Shown: piece after piece, positions 1-7,955 of the stretch
How positions within the stretch are numbered: position 1 is the stretch's first letter
How the letters are laid out: the number at the start of each line of letters is the position of its first letter
Origin: an uncultured Acidimicrobiales bacterium
GTDB lineage: Bacteria; Actinomycetota; Acidimicrobiia; Acidimicrobiales; SZUA-35
Direction of reading: 5' to 3'
Assembly (NCBI GenBank): GCA_937930695.1
Contig: CALHCB010000029.1
Location: forward strand, 36,652 to 100,651
DNA length: 64,000 nucleotides
The notes under the pieces: generated by a model
Databases searched by the model: none
What the model was told of the DNA's origin: nothing
Seen by the model: the letters and a program-made list of their open reading frames with translations, nothing else
Program-made: the position numbers and the translations under genes

Positions 1-252
1 ACAGCGCAGCTTCGGCTCCTTGTCGTTGATCCCCTGGTGCGAGGTCAGGGCCTTGGGAATCGGCTTGTCAGTGAGGTCATCGACTTTGCCCGTTCCGCCG
101 GGTATCAACGCATTGTGCTTTGGACCAATGATGTTCTGGTGGCCGCTCGGCGCATCTATGAGCGAGCGGGATTTGAGCTCGTCGACGCAGCCCCTCACCA
201 CAGCTTTGGGCACGACCTCATCGGCCAGAACTGGGAACTTCGCCTGACCTAG
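1..252 (+). CDS. GNAT family N-acetyltransferase (3' part; 5' end outside window)
   Basis: Frame +1 is open from base 1. Translation ..[46 protein letters not shown].. shows GNAT motif A (R-G-Q-G-L-G). Stop at 250-252. Confidence 0.7.
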   Translation, partial: TAQLRLLVVDPLVRGQGLGNRLVSEVIDFARSAGYQRIVLWTNDVLVAARRIYERAGFELVDAAPHHSFGHDLIGQNWELRLT

Positions 253-490
253 GCGGCAGGTACTCACGTCCCCCGGACGTACTGCTGGTGCTGCTCGCTA
301 GCCTTTCCCGAATGGATCGACACATCGCTCCCTCTACCGGCGGGGCAACATCCTGAGTTTCGACCCGCCGCTCGGCCGGGGTGGTCCACAGCACATTCCG
401 CGGCCAGAATCGGCCTTTCTCGGTGACGCAGCGCCGTGGGCCCATCTTTCAGAGCAGCGTCGGCGGCCTTCTCTCGATCAGATCCTCGAT

Positions 491-1042
491 GTGATCGGCC
501 CCGCTGAGACCGATGCACCGCCGGCCGTCGTTGTCGATGGCAAGCCGCCGTCCGCCGTCCTTGTCCCGCTGAACGACGGGCCCCGGGGCCCTGAGTTGCT
601 GTTCACCAGGCGTGCGTGGCACATGCGCAATCACACCGGCGAGGTCAGCTTCCCTGGGGGACGTCATGACCCAGAAGATCCGGACCTTGCGACGACTGCA
701 CTACGAGAGACCGAGGAAGAGGTCGGGGTCGATCGAGGACTTGTTCGCGTTGTCGGCGAGCTGACTCGCCTCACGACGGTGTCCTCTCCGGCCTTCATCG
801 TCCCGTACGTCGGAGTTCTCGATGAACGTCCAGACACCACGATCAACCCGGACGAGGTCGATGCGGTGTTGCACGTTCCGATCGCAGATCTGTTGGACCC
901 AGCGATTTACCGCCAGGAGATCTGGACCCGGAACGGTGCGCCGCTCGAAATCACGTTTTTCGAGCTTGTCGGCGACACGCTGTGGGGTGCGACGGCTCGC
1001 ATGGTGCGAGATCTGCTCGAACGGGTAACGACGCAGAGTTGA
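491..1042 (+). CDS. NUDIX hydrolase, CoA pyrophosphatase-like
   Basis: 183 aa. GTG 491 is the first start codon after the in-frame stop at 299-301. Nudix box GGRHDPEDPDLATTALRETEEEVGV. Confidence 0.8.
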   Translation: MIGPAETDAPPAVVVDGKPPSAVLVPLNDGPRGPELLFTRRAWHMRNHTGEVSFPGGRHDPEDPDLATTALRETEEEVGVDRGLVRVVGELTRLTTVSSPAFIVPYVGVLDERPDTTINPDEVDAVLHVPIADLLDPAIYRQEIWTRNGAPLEITFFELVGDTLWGATARMVRDLLERVTTQS

Positions 1043-1061
1043 CGGTGTTCTTGGCGGCCCG

Positions 1062-1865
1062 TCAGCCCTTGCGCCACACCGAGACGTGGGCGAGCGAATC
1101 ACCAGTGAACGGATTGCGATGCCAGTCCGCGAATCGATCCTCGAGATACATGCCAGCGAGTTGGGCCATCAGGTCGAGTTCGGACGGCCAAACGTAGCGA
1201 AACGCCCCGGTTTGAGTTCGAACCCGATCTCCGTCGATGTAGTAGTGATGCGACACCGAGATTTGGTTGACGGGATCGACGAATTCATCGAATCCGAGGT
1301 GTCGGGCTGACACATCGAACGGGCGAATTGTCTCGCCGGGTGGGAGCTGACTCAGCTGAGGAACGCCAGTTTCGATGACAAAGCGCCCGCCGGGTGCGAG
1401 GTGTGCCGACGCGTTTGCGAAGCAGGCCACCTGCTGTTCCTGGGACCGCAGGTTGCCAATGGTGTTGAAGACGAGAAAGACCAGTGAGGCGTCGGTGCAC
1501 ACCGTGGTCGCTGTCATGTCGCCGATCGTCACCTCGATGTTGGAAGCGCCTGGTTTCTTCCGAAGCTCCTCGACCATCGGTTCGGAGAAATCTATGCCAA
1601 CCACCGTCGTTCCCTTCTCGCTCAGAGGGAGGGCGATGCGGCCAGTACCGATAGCGAATTCGACGGCGATTCCGTCCCCAGCGAGCTCCGACAGGAACTC
1701 GACCGCTGGATTGACGGCCTCTGGTCCGAATCGATGGTCGGCTGCGTCGTCGTAGACAGCGGCGACGGAGGGCTTCAGGTGTTCGTCGGGCCAAGAGAAA
1801 TAGTCAGGGTCTGCCACCCGTGCACTGTGGCACGATTCTGACGTCCGACCCGTTGGTTTCCGCAA
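1062..1865 (-). CDS. class I SAM-dependent methyltransferase
   Basis: 267 aa. Gly-rich SAM motif VEFAIGTGRIALPL followed by VVGIDFSEPMVEEL. Start uncertain (TTG 1865 or GTG 1817). Confidence 0.75.
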   Translation of the reverse strand: MRKPTGRTSESCHSARVADPDYFSWPDEHLKPSVAAVYDDAADHRFGPEAVNPAVEFLSELAGDGIAVEFAIGTGRIALPLSEKGTTVVGIDFSEPMVEELRKKPGASNIEVTIGDMTATTVCTDASLVFLVFNTIGNLRSQEQQVACFANASAHLAPGGRFVIETGVPQLSQLPPGETIRPFDVSARHLGFDEFVDPVNQISVSHHYYIDGDRVRTQTGAFRYVWPSELDLMAQLAGMYLEDRFADWHRNPFTGDSLAHVSVWRKG

Positions 1866-1877
1866 CGGTGAGGGCGC

Positions 1878-2474
1878 TCAGGCCAGTGCTGCGCCGCCAA
1901 AGCTCACACCAAACCGGACGCACCAGATATCGACCTCGTTGTAGACACTGAGATCGACATCGGTCGGGATCTCGTAGTTCTGATCCCCGATGTTGCCCTT
2001 CAGATCGCCGAGGTCGATGAAGTCGTTCTCGTCGTTCGGATTGCGGAGGTAGACGTTGAGATCGGGTCCGTTGTCACCCGCGAAATTCTCGAACCGGAGG
2101 AACCGAGCTTCCGAACCGTCGTTGAGCACGAGGGCATCGCCAGAGGTTGGATGTTCCCGGGAGAAGAAGTCGCCGGAGAGAAGGGTGATGACCTGACCGG
2201 CCTCCCGCTCATCATCTTCGGGATTGCCCTCGGCGTCGGGCCCGGATGCTTCTTCGGCCTCCGTTGTTTCAGCGTTCGTGTCCAGATCTGTCGATGAGGA
2301 CTCATCTGAATCGGCGGCCGCGTCGTCGCTCGTGGCAAACGGGTCTGCCTCCGCCACTTCGTCGTCGATGAATGCCGTGTGGATTCCGAAGACTCCGAAA
2401 GCCAGGAAGCCGAGGAGGGCGAGACCAGCGACGCCGCCGATGGCGAGGGCTGGCTTGTTGCGAAGGATGTTCAT
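1878..2474 (-). CDS. membrane-anchored DM13 domain protein
   Basis: 198 aa. N-terminal hydrophobic helix ALAIGGVAGLALLGFLAFGVFGI, a D/E/S-rich spacer, then LLSGDFFSREHPTSGDALVL..ARFLRFENF..NGPDLNVYL, which reads like a DM13 domain. Confidence 0.7.
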   Translation of the reverse strand: MNILRNKPALAIGGVAGLALLGFLAFGVFGIHTAFIDDEVAEADPFATSDDAAADSDESSSTDLDTNAETTEAEEASGPDAEGNPEDDEREAGQVITLLSGDFFSREHPTSGDALVLNDGSEARFLRFENFAGDNGPDLNVYLRNPNDENDFIDLGDLKGNIGDQNYEIPTDVDLSVYNEVDIWCVRFGVSFGGAALA

Positions 2475-2573
2475 GTTCGAGTCAAACCTGCGGGCGGGGA
2501 CTCTTCGTTCCTAGAGTCCGGGGTGTTCTGTATTCGTTCACAAGTTGACCACAACGCTTCGAGGCCAAACGTC

Positions 2574-3794
2574 ATGGGCACAGCAAATCAGCATGCCGGA
2601 TCCAAGGGTGTTCGAACGATTCCTATCGAACGGGCGCGCCGGATCGCGTTGGCTGCGCAAGGTTTTACGGATCCTGCGCCGAAGGGTGATCCCACCGTGC
2701 GTCACTTCCGACGAGCGCTGGATCGAATGACGATCCTTCAGCTTGACTCGGTCAACGTCGTCGCCCGATCGCACTTTCTTCCAATGTTCGCTCGTCTCGG
2801 GGCGTATGACCGCGACAAGCTCGACGCGTGGCTGTGGAGCTCGAGAGAGAACTTTGAGTACTGGAGCCACGTCGCATCCATCACAAGTGTTGAGCATCAA
2901 CCGAACATCAGATTTCGAATGCAGAAAGCCCGCTGGAAGGGGCTTGCCAAGTTCGAAGAAGACCAACCGGGCTACGTCGATTCGATCGTGAGCGAGATCG
3001 CTGCCCGCGGACCGCTTTCGGTGAGTGATCTCTCCGATCCTGGAGATCGCAGTGGTCCGTGGTGGGGTTACTCGAAGGGGAAAATGGCGCTGGAGCTGTT
3101 GTATTCAACAGGCCGATTGATGATCGATTATCGAGACAAGAACTTCAAGACCGTCTACGACCTGCCCGAGCGTGTGCTTCCCTCAGAGATTGCGGCTCGC
3201 CCGGATCCCGATGATGCGGAGAGCTTCAAGGCGCTCCTGATGTTGGGGGCGAAGAGTCACGGCATCGGCACTGCGACCGATCTTGCTGACTATTTCCGTC
3301 TGAAGATGCCAGCGGTTCGCCCGCTCTTGAAGGAACTCGTTGCCGACGGTTCGCTTGAACTTGTTGAGGTACCTGGCTGGAACGACCCTGCCTATCTTCA
3401 TCCCGAGGCCAAGGTGCCTCGTTCGATCAATGCCAGCACCTTTCTGACACCATTCGACCCTGTGTGTTGGTTCCGACCTCGAGCCGAACGTCTCTTCGAC
3501 TTTCACTATCGAATCGAGATCTACGTGCCGGAACCCAAGAGGGTCTACGGCTACTACGTACTTCCGTTCCTGCACGGTGACCGACTCGTTGGTCGGGCTG
3601 ATCTGAAGGCTGATCGGAAGGCCGGCATGTTGTTGGCACGCGGCGTGTTTGGCGAGACACACGCCGACCCCGACGTGGTAGCCCCTGCGATGGCAAAGAA
3701 CTTGCACGAGATGGCAGCGTGGCTCGGTCTTGACGGTGTTGAGGTTGGCCGGAAGGGCGATCTCGCGACGGCGGTGAGGAGTGCGGCCGGCTAG
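2574..3794 (+). CDS. winged-helix DNA glycosylase-like protein (YcaQ/AlkZ family)
   Basis: The ORF runs 2379-3794, but its 5' part overlaps the DM13 gene on the other strand, so ATG 2574 is preferred. Segments IERARRIALAAQGF, QLDSVNVVARSH and YYVLPFLHGDRLVGRADLKADRKAG match my memory of the YcaQ family. Confidence 0.7.
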   Translation: MGTANQHAGSKGVRTIPIERARRIALAAQGFTDPAPKGDPTVRHFRRALDRMTILQLDSVNVVARSHFLPMFARLGAYDRDKLDAWLWSSRENFEYWSHVASITSVEHQPNIRFRMQKARWKGLAKFEEDQPGYVDSIVSEIAARGPLSVSDLSDPGDRSGPWWGYSKGKMALELLYSTGRLMIDYRDKNFKTVYDLPERVLPSEIAARPDPDDAESFKALLMLGAKSHGIGTATDLADYFRLKMPAVRPLLKELVADGSLELVEVPGWNDPAYLHPEAKVPRSINASTFLTPFDPVCWFRPRAERLFDFHYRIEIYVPEPKRVYGYYVLPFLHGDRLVGRADLKADRKAGMLLARGVFGETHADPDVVAPAMAKNLHEMAAWLGLDGVEVGRKGDLATAVRSAAG

Positions 3795-3815
3795 GCCTGC
3801 ACTAGGGTCCGAGCC

Positions 3816-4208
3816 ATGCCGACCCTTTCCTTCGATGGAGAAACGCACGACGAGATCGTCCAGAAGGTACGGCGCTACCTCGCATCGGTCGATGGCGAGA
3901 TTGCGGGTCCCCTTGGTATGGCCGATGTGGTGAATCAGTCCGCTGAGCTCACCAAGGACGCACTCCAGGTCCTCGCTCGGTCCTCTGGGCCGATGCAGGA
4001 AACCGAACTTGTGAAAGCGCTCACGACGATGGGGTACAAGGCGACCGAATCGACTCGCTCGGCGACGCTCTCTGGTCTCGACGCGATCGAGACGGCAACG
4101 GGCGGATCTGTCGTGCAGAACGTTGCTGAGCAAGGGGCCAAGGCTGTTTGGCAGATCAACTCGGCCATTGCGAAGCAGATCGTGAAGTCGGCGACCAAGC
4201 GCGACTGA
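3816..4208 (+). CDS. hypothetical protein
   Basis: 130 aa ORF filling the gap between convergent neighbours. Composition is protein-like and no motif was recognised. Confidence 0.5.
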   Translation: MPTLSFDGETHDEIVQKVRRYLASVDGEIAGPLGMADVVNQSAELTKDALQVLARSSGPMQETELVKALTTMGYKATESTRSATLSGLDAIETATGGSVVQNVAEQGAKAVWQINSAIAKQIVKSATKRD

Positions 4209-4231
4209 TCTGGGGATCTACCCGAGGAGTT

Positions 4232-5131
4232 CTAGAACGTCACGACGTCCGGCCGAATCTCGAGGTCGTCAATGGCCGCGTTCATCTGCCCCAGCGTCAG
4301 GGGGCGATCGGCCCCCACCGCAGCAGTGATGGCAGCCTCGGTCAGGTTTGTACCAAAGCTGCGCCCTTCGAAGCGTGGCGTTGTCGTGATCAGCTGTCGG
4401 ACACCACGGCCGGCAAGCCAGTCCACGTTCTCTTCGGTCGTCGTATTCGTGAGAACCGTCTTGCCATCAAGGTTTGCTGGTGCGTGCTTCCCGATGTAGA
4501 GAAAGTCGCCGCAAATCAAGTCGGCTTCCGCAAAGCGCTTTTCGTACTTTGGGACGTTGACGGTCTGACTCTCGCCTGTGGGATAGAACCATTTGAGTGG
4601 GAGCCGTCCTGCGACAGGAATCGTGAGCTTGGCCATGCGCTTCGCCGAACTCAGCCTTCGCATCGGGATGGGGAGTCCGAGGGCGAACATGAGGTCGCCG
4701 TAGATCACCGAGTCGCTCACTTCGTCGACGGCCTCCGCCATTCCCCACCGATCCAGTGCCATGTTGAGGAAGGCCTGTTTGAACCGCGGCTTCGCATCGA
4801 CGTCCCCAAAGTCCGCGAGATCAAAGACTCGACGCTCGAGTGTCTGCTTGAGTCCGCTGCCGTCGACGAGGGGAGTTTGGGTGACACCATCGATCAACTT
4901 GTCGGTCGAACGAAAGTGAAGTGCCTGTCCATCGACGTGGAATGCCATCTCCGTTCCACCGACCGCGAGGACGTCGACCAGACCGTCCAGCTCGCGCAGC
5001 AGGCGGTTGTACAGCTTCCAGTCGCCATCAACGCCGCGACGTTCTACTCGTACTTCGACGCCACCGAGTTCGATGGTTACAGCCTTGTCTCGCGTCGAGC
5101 TTCCCATGGAGACCGAAACGACATGCTTCAT
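4232..5131 (-). CDS. conserved protein of a family often annotated 'quinate 5-dehydrogenase' (function unverified)
   Basis: N-terminus MKHVVSVSMGSSTRDKAV.. is as I recall for that family. ATG 5131 is preceded by purine-rich AAGAGAGAG. The antisense ORF 4148-5149 has an implausible composition. Confidence 0.55.
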   Translation of the reverse strand: MKHVVSVSMGSSTRDKAVTIELGGVEVRVERRGVDGDWKLYNRLLRELDGLVDVLAVGGTEMAFHVDGQALHFRSTDKLIDGVTQTPLVDGSGLKQTLERRVFDLADFGDVDAKPRFKQAFLNMALDRWGMAEAVDEVSDSVIYGDLMFALGLPIPMRRLSSAKRMAKLTIPVAGRLPLKWFYPTGESQTVNVPKYEKRFAEADLICGDFLYIGKHAPANLDGKTVLTNTTTEENVDWLAGRGVRQLITTTPRFEGRSFGTNLTEAAITAAVGADRPLTLGQMNAAIDDLEIRPDVVTF

Positions 5132-5152
5132 TTGCACACTCTCTCTTAGCGA

Positions 5153-5180
5153 CGACGACCAGCTGCCAGCTGGATCGTCG
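5153..5180 (-). terminator. GC-rich hairpin between Hsp70-like gene A and the next gene (possible terminator or attenuator, no U-tract)
   Basis: Arms cgacgaccagc (5153-5163) and gctggatcgtcg (5169-5180) pair over 11 bp with one bulge; loop tgcca. Confidence 0.3.
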
Positions 5181-5207
5181 CCGAATTAGGCGCCCTCGTC
5201 GTGGCCC

Positions 5208-7931
5208 TTATTCGAGGGCCTCGATGGCCATGTCTTCGTAGTGCACATGGGCCAGTGACTCATCGAAGTTTTCAACGAAGAAGCCGATGTCTCCACGCAG
5301 GTGGTAGCCCTCGGTGTCGAGCGTGGTGAGTTCCTCACCGTTGAGCATGAAGATCATGGTGGCGCCGTCGAGTCGGATTCGCAGTTCGTCTTGCTCTCCG
5401 AACTCAGCCAGATTGGGGGCAGGGCCGGTTGCGATGTCTCGGAAGCCGAGCGAATCGTCGTGCGTGACGTGCCAGGTGGCTTCCCTGGGGTTGATCGTGA
5501 ACGAGTAGTAGTCGATGCCCTCGGCCCGGAACAGAAGGCCGTACCGGAAGCTGGCAGATTGGGTATCGGTGTGGTCGACTTCGACATTGGTAGTGACCTC
5601 CACATCGGCGAAGTTGACGCCACGAGGTGCGAGCACTCTGGCGCCCTCGCCACGAGCCTCGACGTGATAGAAGTCTGGTGGGTGGTAACCCCGGATGTAG
5701 TTCTCACCCTCTTCGATGGGCCAACCGCTGGTTGGATCACCAAAGTCATCGACGAGCAACCCGGTGCTGGCGAGCTCTTCCATGGCATCACTGTCTGCTG
5801 GCACTGCAGACTCGTCCTCACGGGTATCAATTTGGTCCGCAGCGCATCGGAAGCCGGCTTGGGCAATGAACGTTGCGCTTGTTGGGTCACCAACGAGCCG
5901 GTACGCCCCGTCGCGTACCAGCCCGTTGGCGCCACCCCGCAGAACTGCCGATCCGCCATCGACTGATTCGTAGGGGTCGTCGACCCACTCCCACACGTTG
6001 CCGACAAGGTCCGCAACGCCCTCAGGTGTGAAGGTCTCCGCTCTCGATCCAACTTCGTGTGTTGCTTCCCCGGTGAGGTCGACGCTCTCGGCGTCGCCTC
6101 CCCACGGGTAAAGACGCCCGGAACCGCCGCGAGCAGCTACCTCCCACTCAGACTCGGTGGGAAGTCGCTTGCCTTGACTGGTGCAGAAGGTGCGGGCGTC
6201 GTCGATGGTCACACCGGCGACGGGGCGGGTCTCCTCGCCCTCGGGCACCATGAGGCCAGGCCAGGCACTCGGAACGCTGACTTGGCCTTGTTCGACCAGT
6301 CTCCCGAAGGCCGCATTGGTGACCTCGAAGGCATCGACGTAGAAGGTGGTGATGTCGGCATCGCGAACGCCGGCGTGGTCCGCATCTGCAGGATCGACGC
6401 CAACGCTGTAGGTGCCGCCTCCGATTTCCACCATGTTCTCGCCTGAGGGGATCTCTGGGGCAACAAGGCCGCTGGCTCCACTCACGGCGAGGGGTCCATC
6501 GGACGCACTGGCGTTGACGTCGTCCGTCGTGATGACTTCGCCGTCTTCGGTGGCTCCGATGACCACGGGGTCAGCGGTTTCGTCGTCGGTCCCACCGCCT
6601 CGGGTCGCGAAGAAGATGCCGCCGAGCGCAATGAGTCCGACCGCAGCGACACCAGCAACGATTCGCATGTCGATGCCCGTTCGTTCCGCAGTGGGCGATG
6701 GCGCGGCTGGCGCGGGCATCGGCTGAACGGGAACCGCTGCAGCAGCAGGAGTAGCGGCAGCTGGGACCAAACGCTCGGGTGGAGCCGCTGGAGCGGCCGG
6801 TGGAACCGGAGCGGCGGCTACGGGTGGAACGGCTTGTGGCGGAGCAGCGGCCTCGGCTGGAGCGGCGCTGAGAAACGTGTCCGGTGAGTAGAGGGCGGCG
6901 CCTTCGGCCACCGAATACTTGGGGTCGGCATCGGCAGCAACGCGAAGGTCGAAGTTCTGTTCAAGCATTTCGCGGATGAGGGGAACACGAGACGATCCGC
7001 CAACCAAGAGAAGGTGACTGACCTCGGTGGCCTCGATACCCGCATTGCGAAGACAGCGACGAGTCGCGGCAATCGACTCTTCGATGCTGGGACGGATGAG
7101 CCCTTCAAATTCGGATCGGGTCACGATGACGGTGTCGGTCACACCAGGAAGCAGGACGGGGATTGCCGCCTCGTCCTCGACACTCAGAGCCTCTTTTGCA
7201 TCCCGGCATTCCCGTCGAAGCGCAGCATCGGCCGACGCGAAACCAGGCTGGCGGCTGGCCTCGGTGTATCGATCGCCCAAGTGGAGCTTGACCCGATAGA
7301 AGATCGCTTCGTCGAAGTCGATGCCGCCGAGATATTCGACGCCCTCGGGGCGACCGACGAGCTCGAAAGCATCGCCGCGCTTGCGAAGGATCGTGGCGTC
7401 GAAGGTGCCGCCCCCGAGGTCATAGATCGTGATGAGCGAACCGTCGTCGACTCGAGACTGGCTTGCATACCGAATGGCAGCCGCCAAGGGTTCGGGAACG
7501 AGCTCAACCGGGCCCACGTCGGCAGCATCGATGACGCGCTGGATCGCCTCCATCTTGTGATCGCCCCAGTTGGCGGGGTGGGTCAGCACGGTGCGGTCAG
7601 GGGCTGCCCCCTGGCGTTCGGCAACGAGGCCGACGACCCAACTGAGGAACGAACTCATCAGTTCCTCGACCGTGACCTCTTGTCCGCCAGCCCGGATGGA
7701 GCGAGCATCGCCGAGGCGTCGTTTGAATTCGCTGACGACGCGCTCTGGATCGCTCATGCCGCGGTGAGCTGCGGTTTCGCCGTGAACGTGCGATCCGTCT
7801 TCGCGAAGCAGCACCGCAGTTGGTACCGAGCCAGCTCGCGACCCGAGCGTGACGATCTCGACCTGACCCCCTCGATTCACTGCTGCCGCGGTGAATGTGG
7901 TGCCCAGGTCGATGCCCAGTTGATAGCTCAT
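5208..7931 (-). CDS. Hsp70-NBD-like ATPase / Pro-Ala linker / TM / FGE-sulfatase-like domain / unclassified C-terminal domain fusion protein (paralogue A)
   Basis: 907 aa. The NBD (aa 1-350, nt 6882-7931) has GIDLGTT, YDLGGGTFD and LLLVGGSSRVP. The P/A linker is aa 351-418. The TM is IVAGVAAVGLIALGGIFFA (nt 6606-6665). The FGE-like domain (nt 5841-6443) has RLPTESEWE, GNVWEWV, LRGG, GFRCA. The C-terminal domain is nt 5211-5759. A GGAGGG RBS lies 8 nt upstream of the ATG. Confidence 0.85.
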   Translation of the reverse strand: MSYQLGIDLGTTFTAAAVNRGGQVEIVTLGSRAGSVPTAVLLREDGSHVHGETAAHRGMSDPERVVSEFKRRLGDARSIRAGGQEVTVEELMSSFLSWVVGLVAERQGAAPDRTVLTHPANWGDHKMEAIQRVIDAADVGPVELVPEPLAAAIRYASQSRVDDGSLITIYDLGGGTFDATILRKRGDAFELVGRPEGVEYLGGIDFDEAIFYRVKLHLGDRYTEASRQPGFASADAALRRECRDAKEALSVEDEAAIPVLLPGVTDTVIVTRSEFEGLIRPSIEESIAATRRCLRNAGIEATEVSHLLLVGGSSRVPLIREMLEQNFDLRVAADADPKYSVAEGAALYSPDTFLSAAPAEAAAPPQAVPPVAAAPVPPAAPAAPPERLVPAAATPAAAAVPVQPMPAPAAPSPTAERTGIDMRIVAGVAAVGLIALGGIFFATRGGGTDDETADPVVIGATEDGEVITTDDVNASASDGPLAVSGASGLVAPEIPSGENMVEIGGGTYSVGVDPADADHAGVRDADITTFYVDAFEVTNAAFGRLVEQGQVSVPSAWPGLMVPEGEETRPVAGVTIDDARTFCTSQGKRLPTESEWEVAARGGSGRLYPWGGDAESVDLTGEATHEVGSRAETFTPEGVADLVGNVWEWVDDPYESVDGGSAVLRGGANGLVRDGAYRLVGDPTSATFIAQAGFRCAADQIDTREDESAVPADSDAMEELASTGLLVDDFGDPTSGWPIEEGENYIRGYHPPDFYHVEARGEGARVLAPRGVNFADVEVTTNVEVDHTDTQSASFRYGLLFRAEGIDYYSFTINPREATWHVTHDDSLGFRDIATGPAPNLAEFGEQDELRIRLDGATMIFMLNGEELTTLDTEGYHLRGDIGFFVENFDESLAHVHYEDMAIEALE

Positions 7932-7955
7932 GTGTCCCTCCAGAACTGATCTGGT

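Noticed and set aside
253-490. A 238-bp gap without a supported CDS, examined for a tRNA, sRNA or small gene
   Set aside because: No cloverleaf-like arms or strong hairpins were seen. The two minus-strand ORFs here (218-445 and 264-518) are Arg/Ser/Gly-rich and unconvincing. The NUDIX frame has no start codon upstream of 491.
5841-6443. Calling the ectodomains genuine formylglycine-generating enzymes (sulfatase maturases)
   Set aside because: Neither paralogue has a Cys between the RGG and GFRCA motifs. No sulfatase gene is present in the window.
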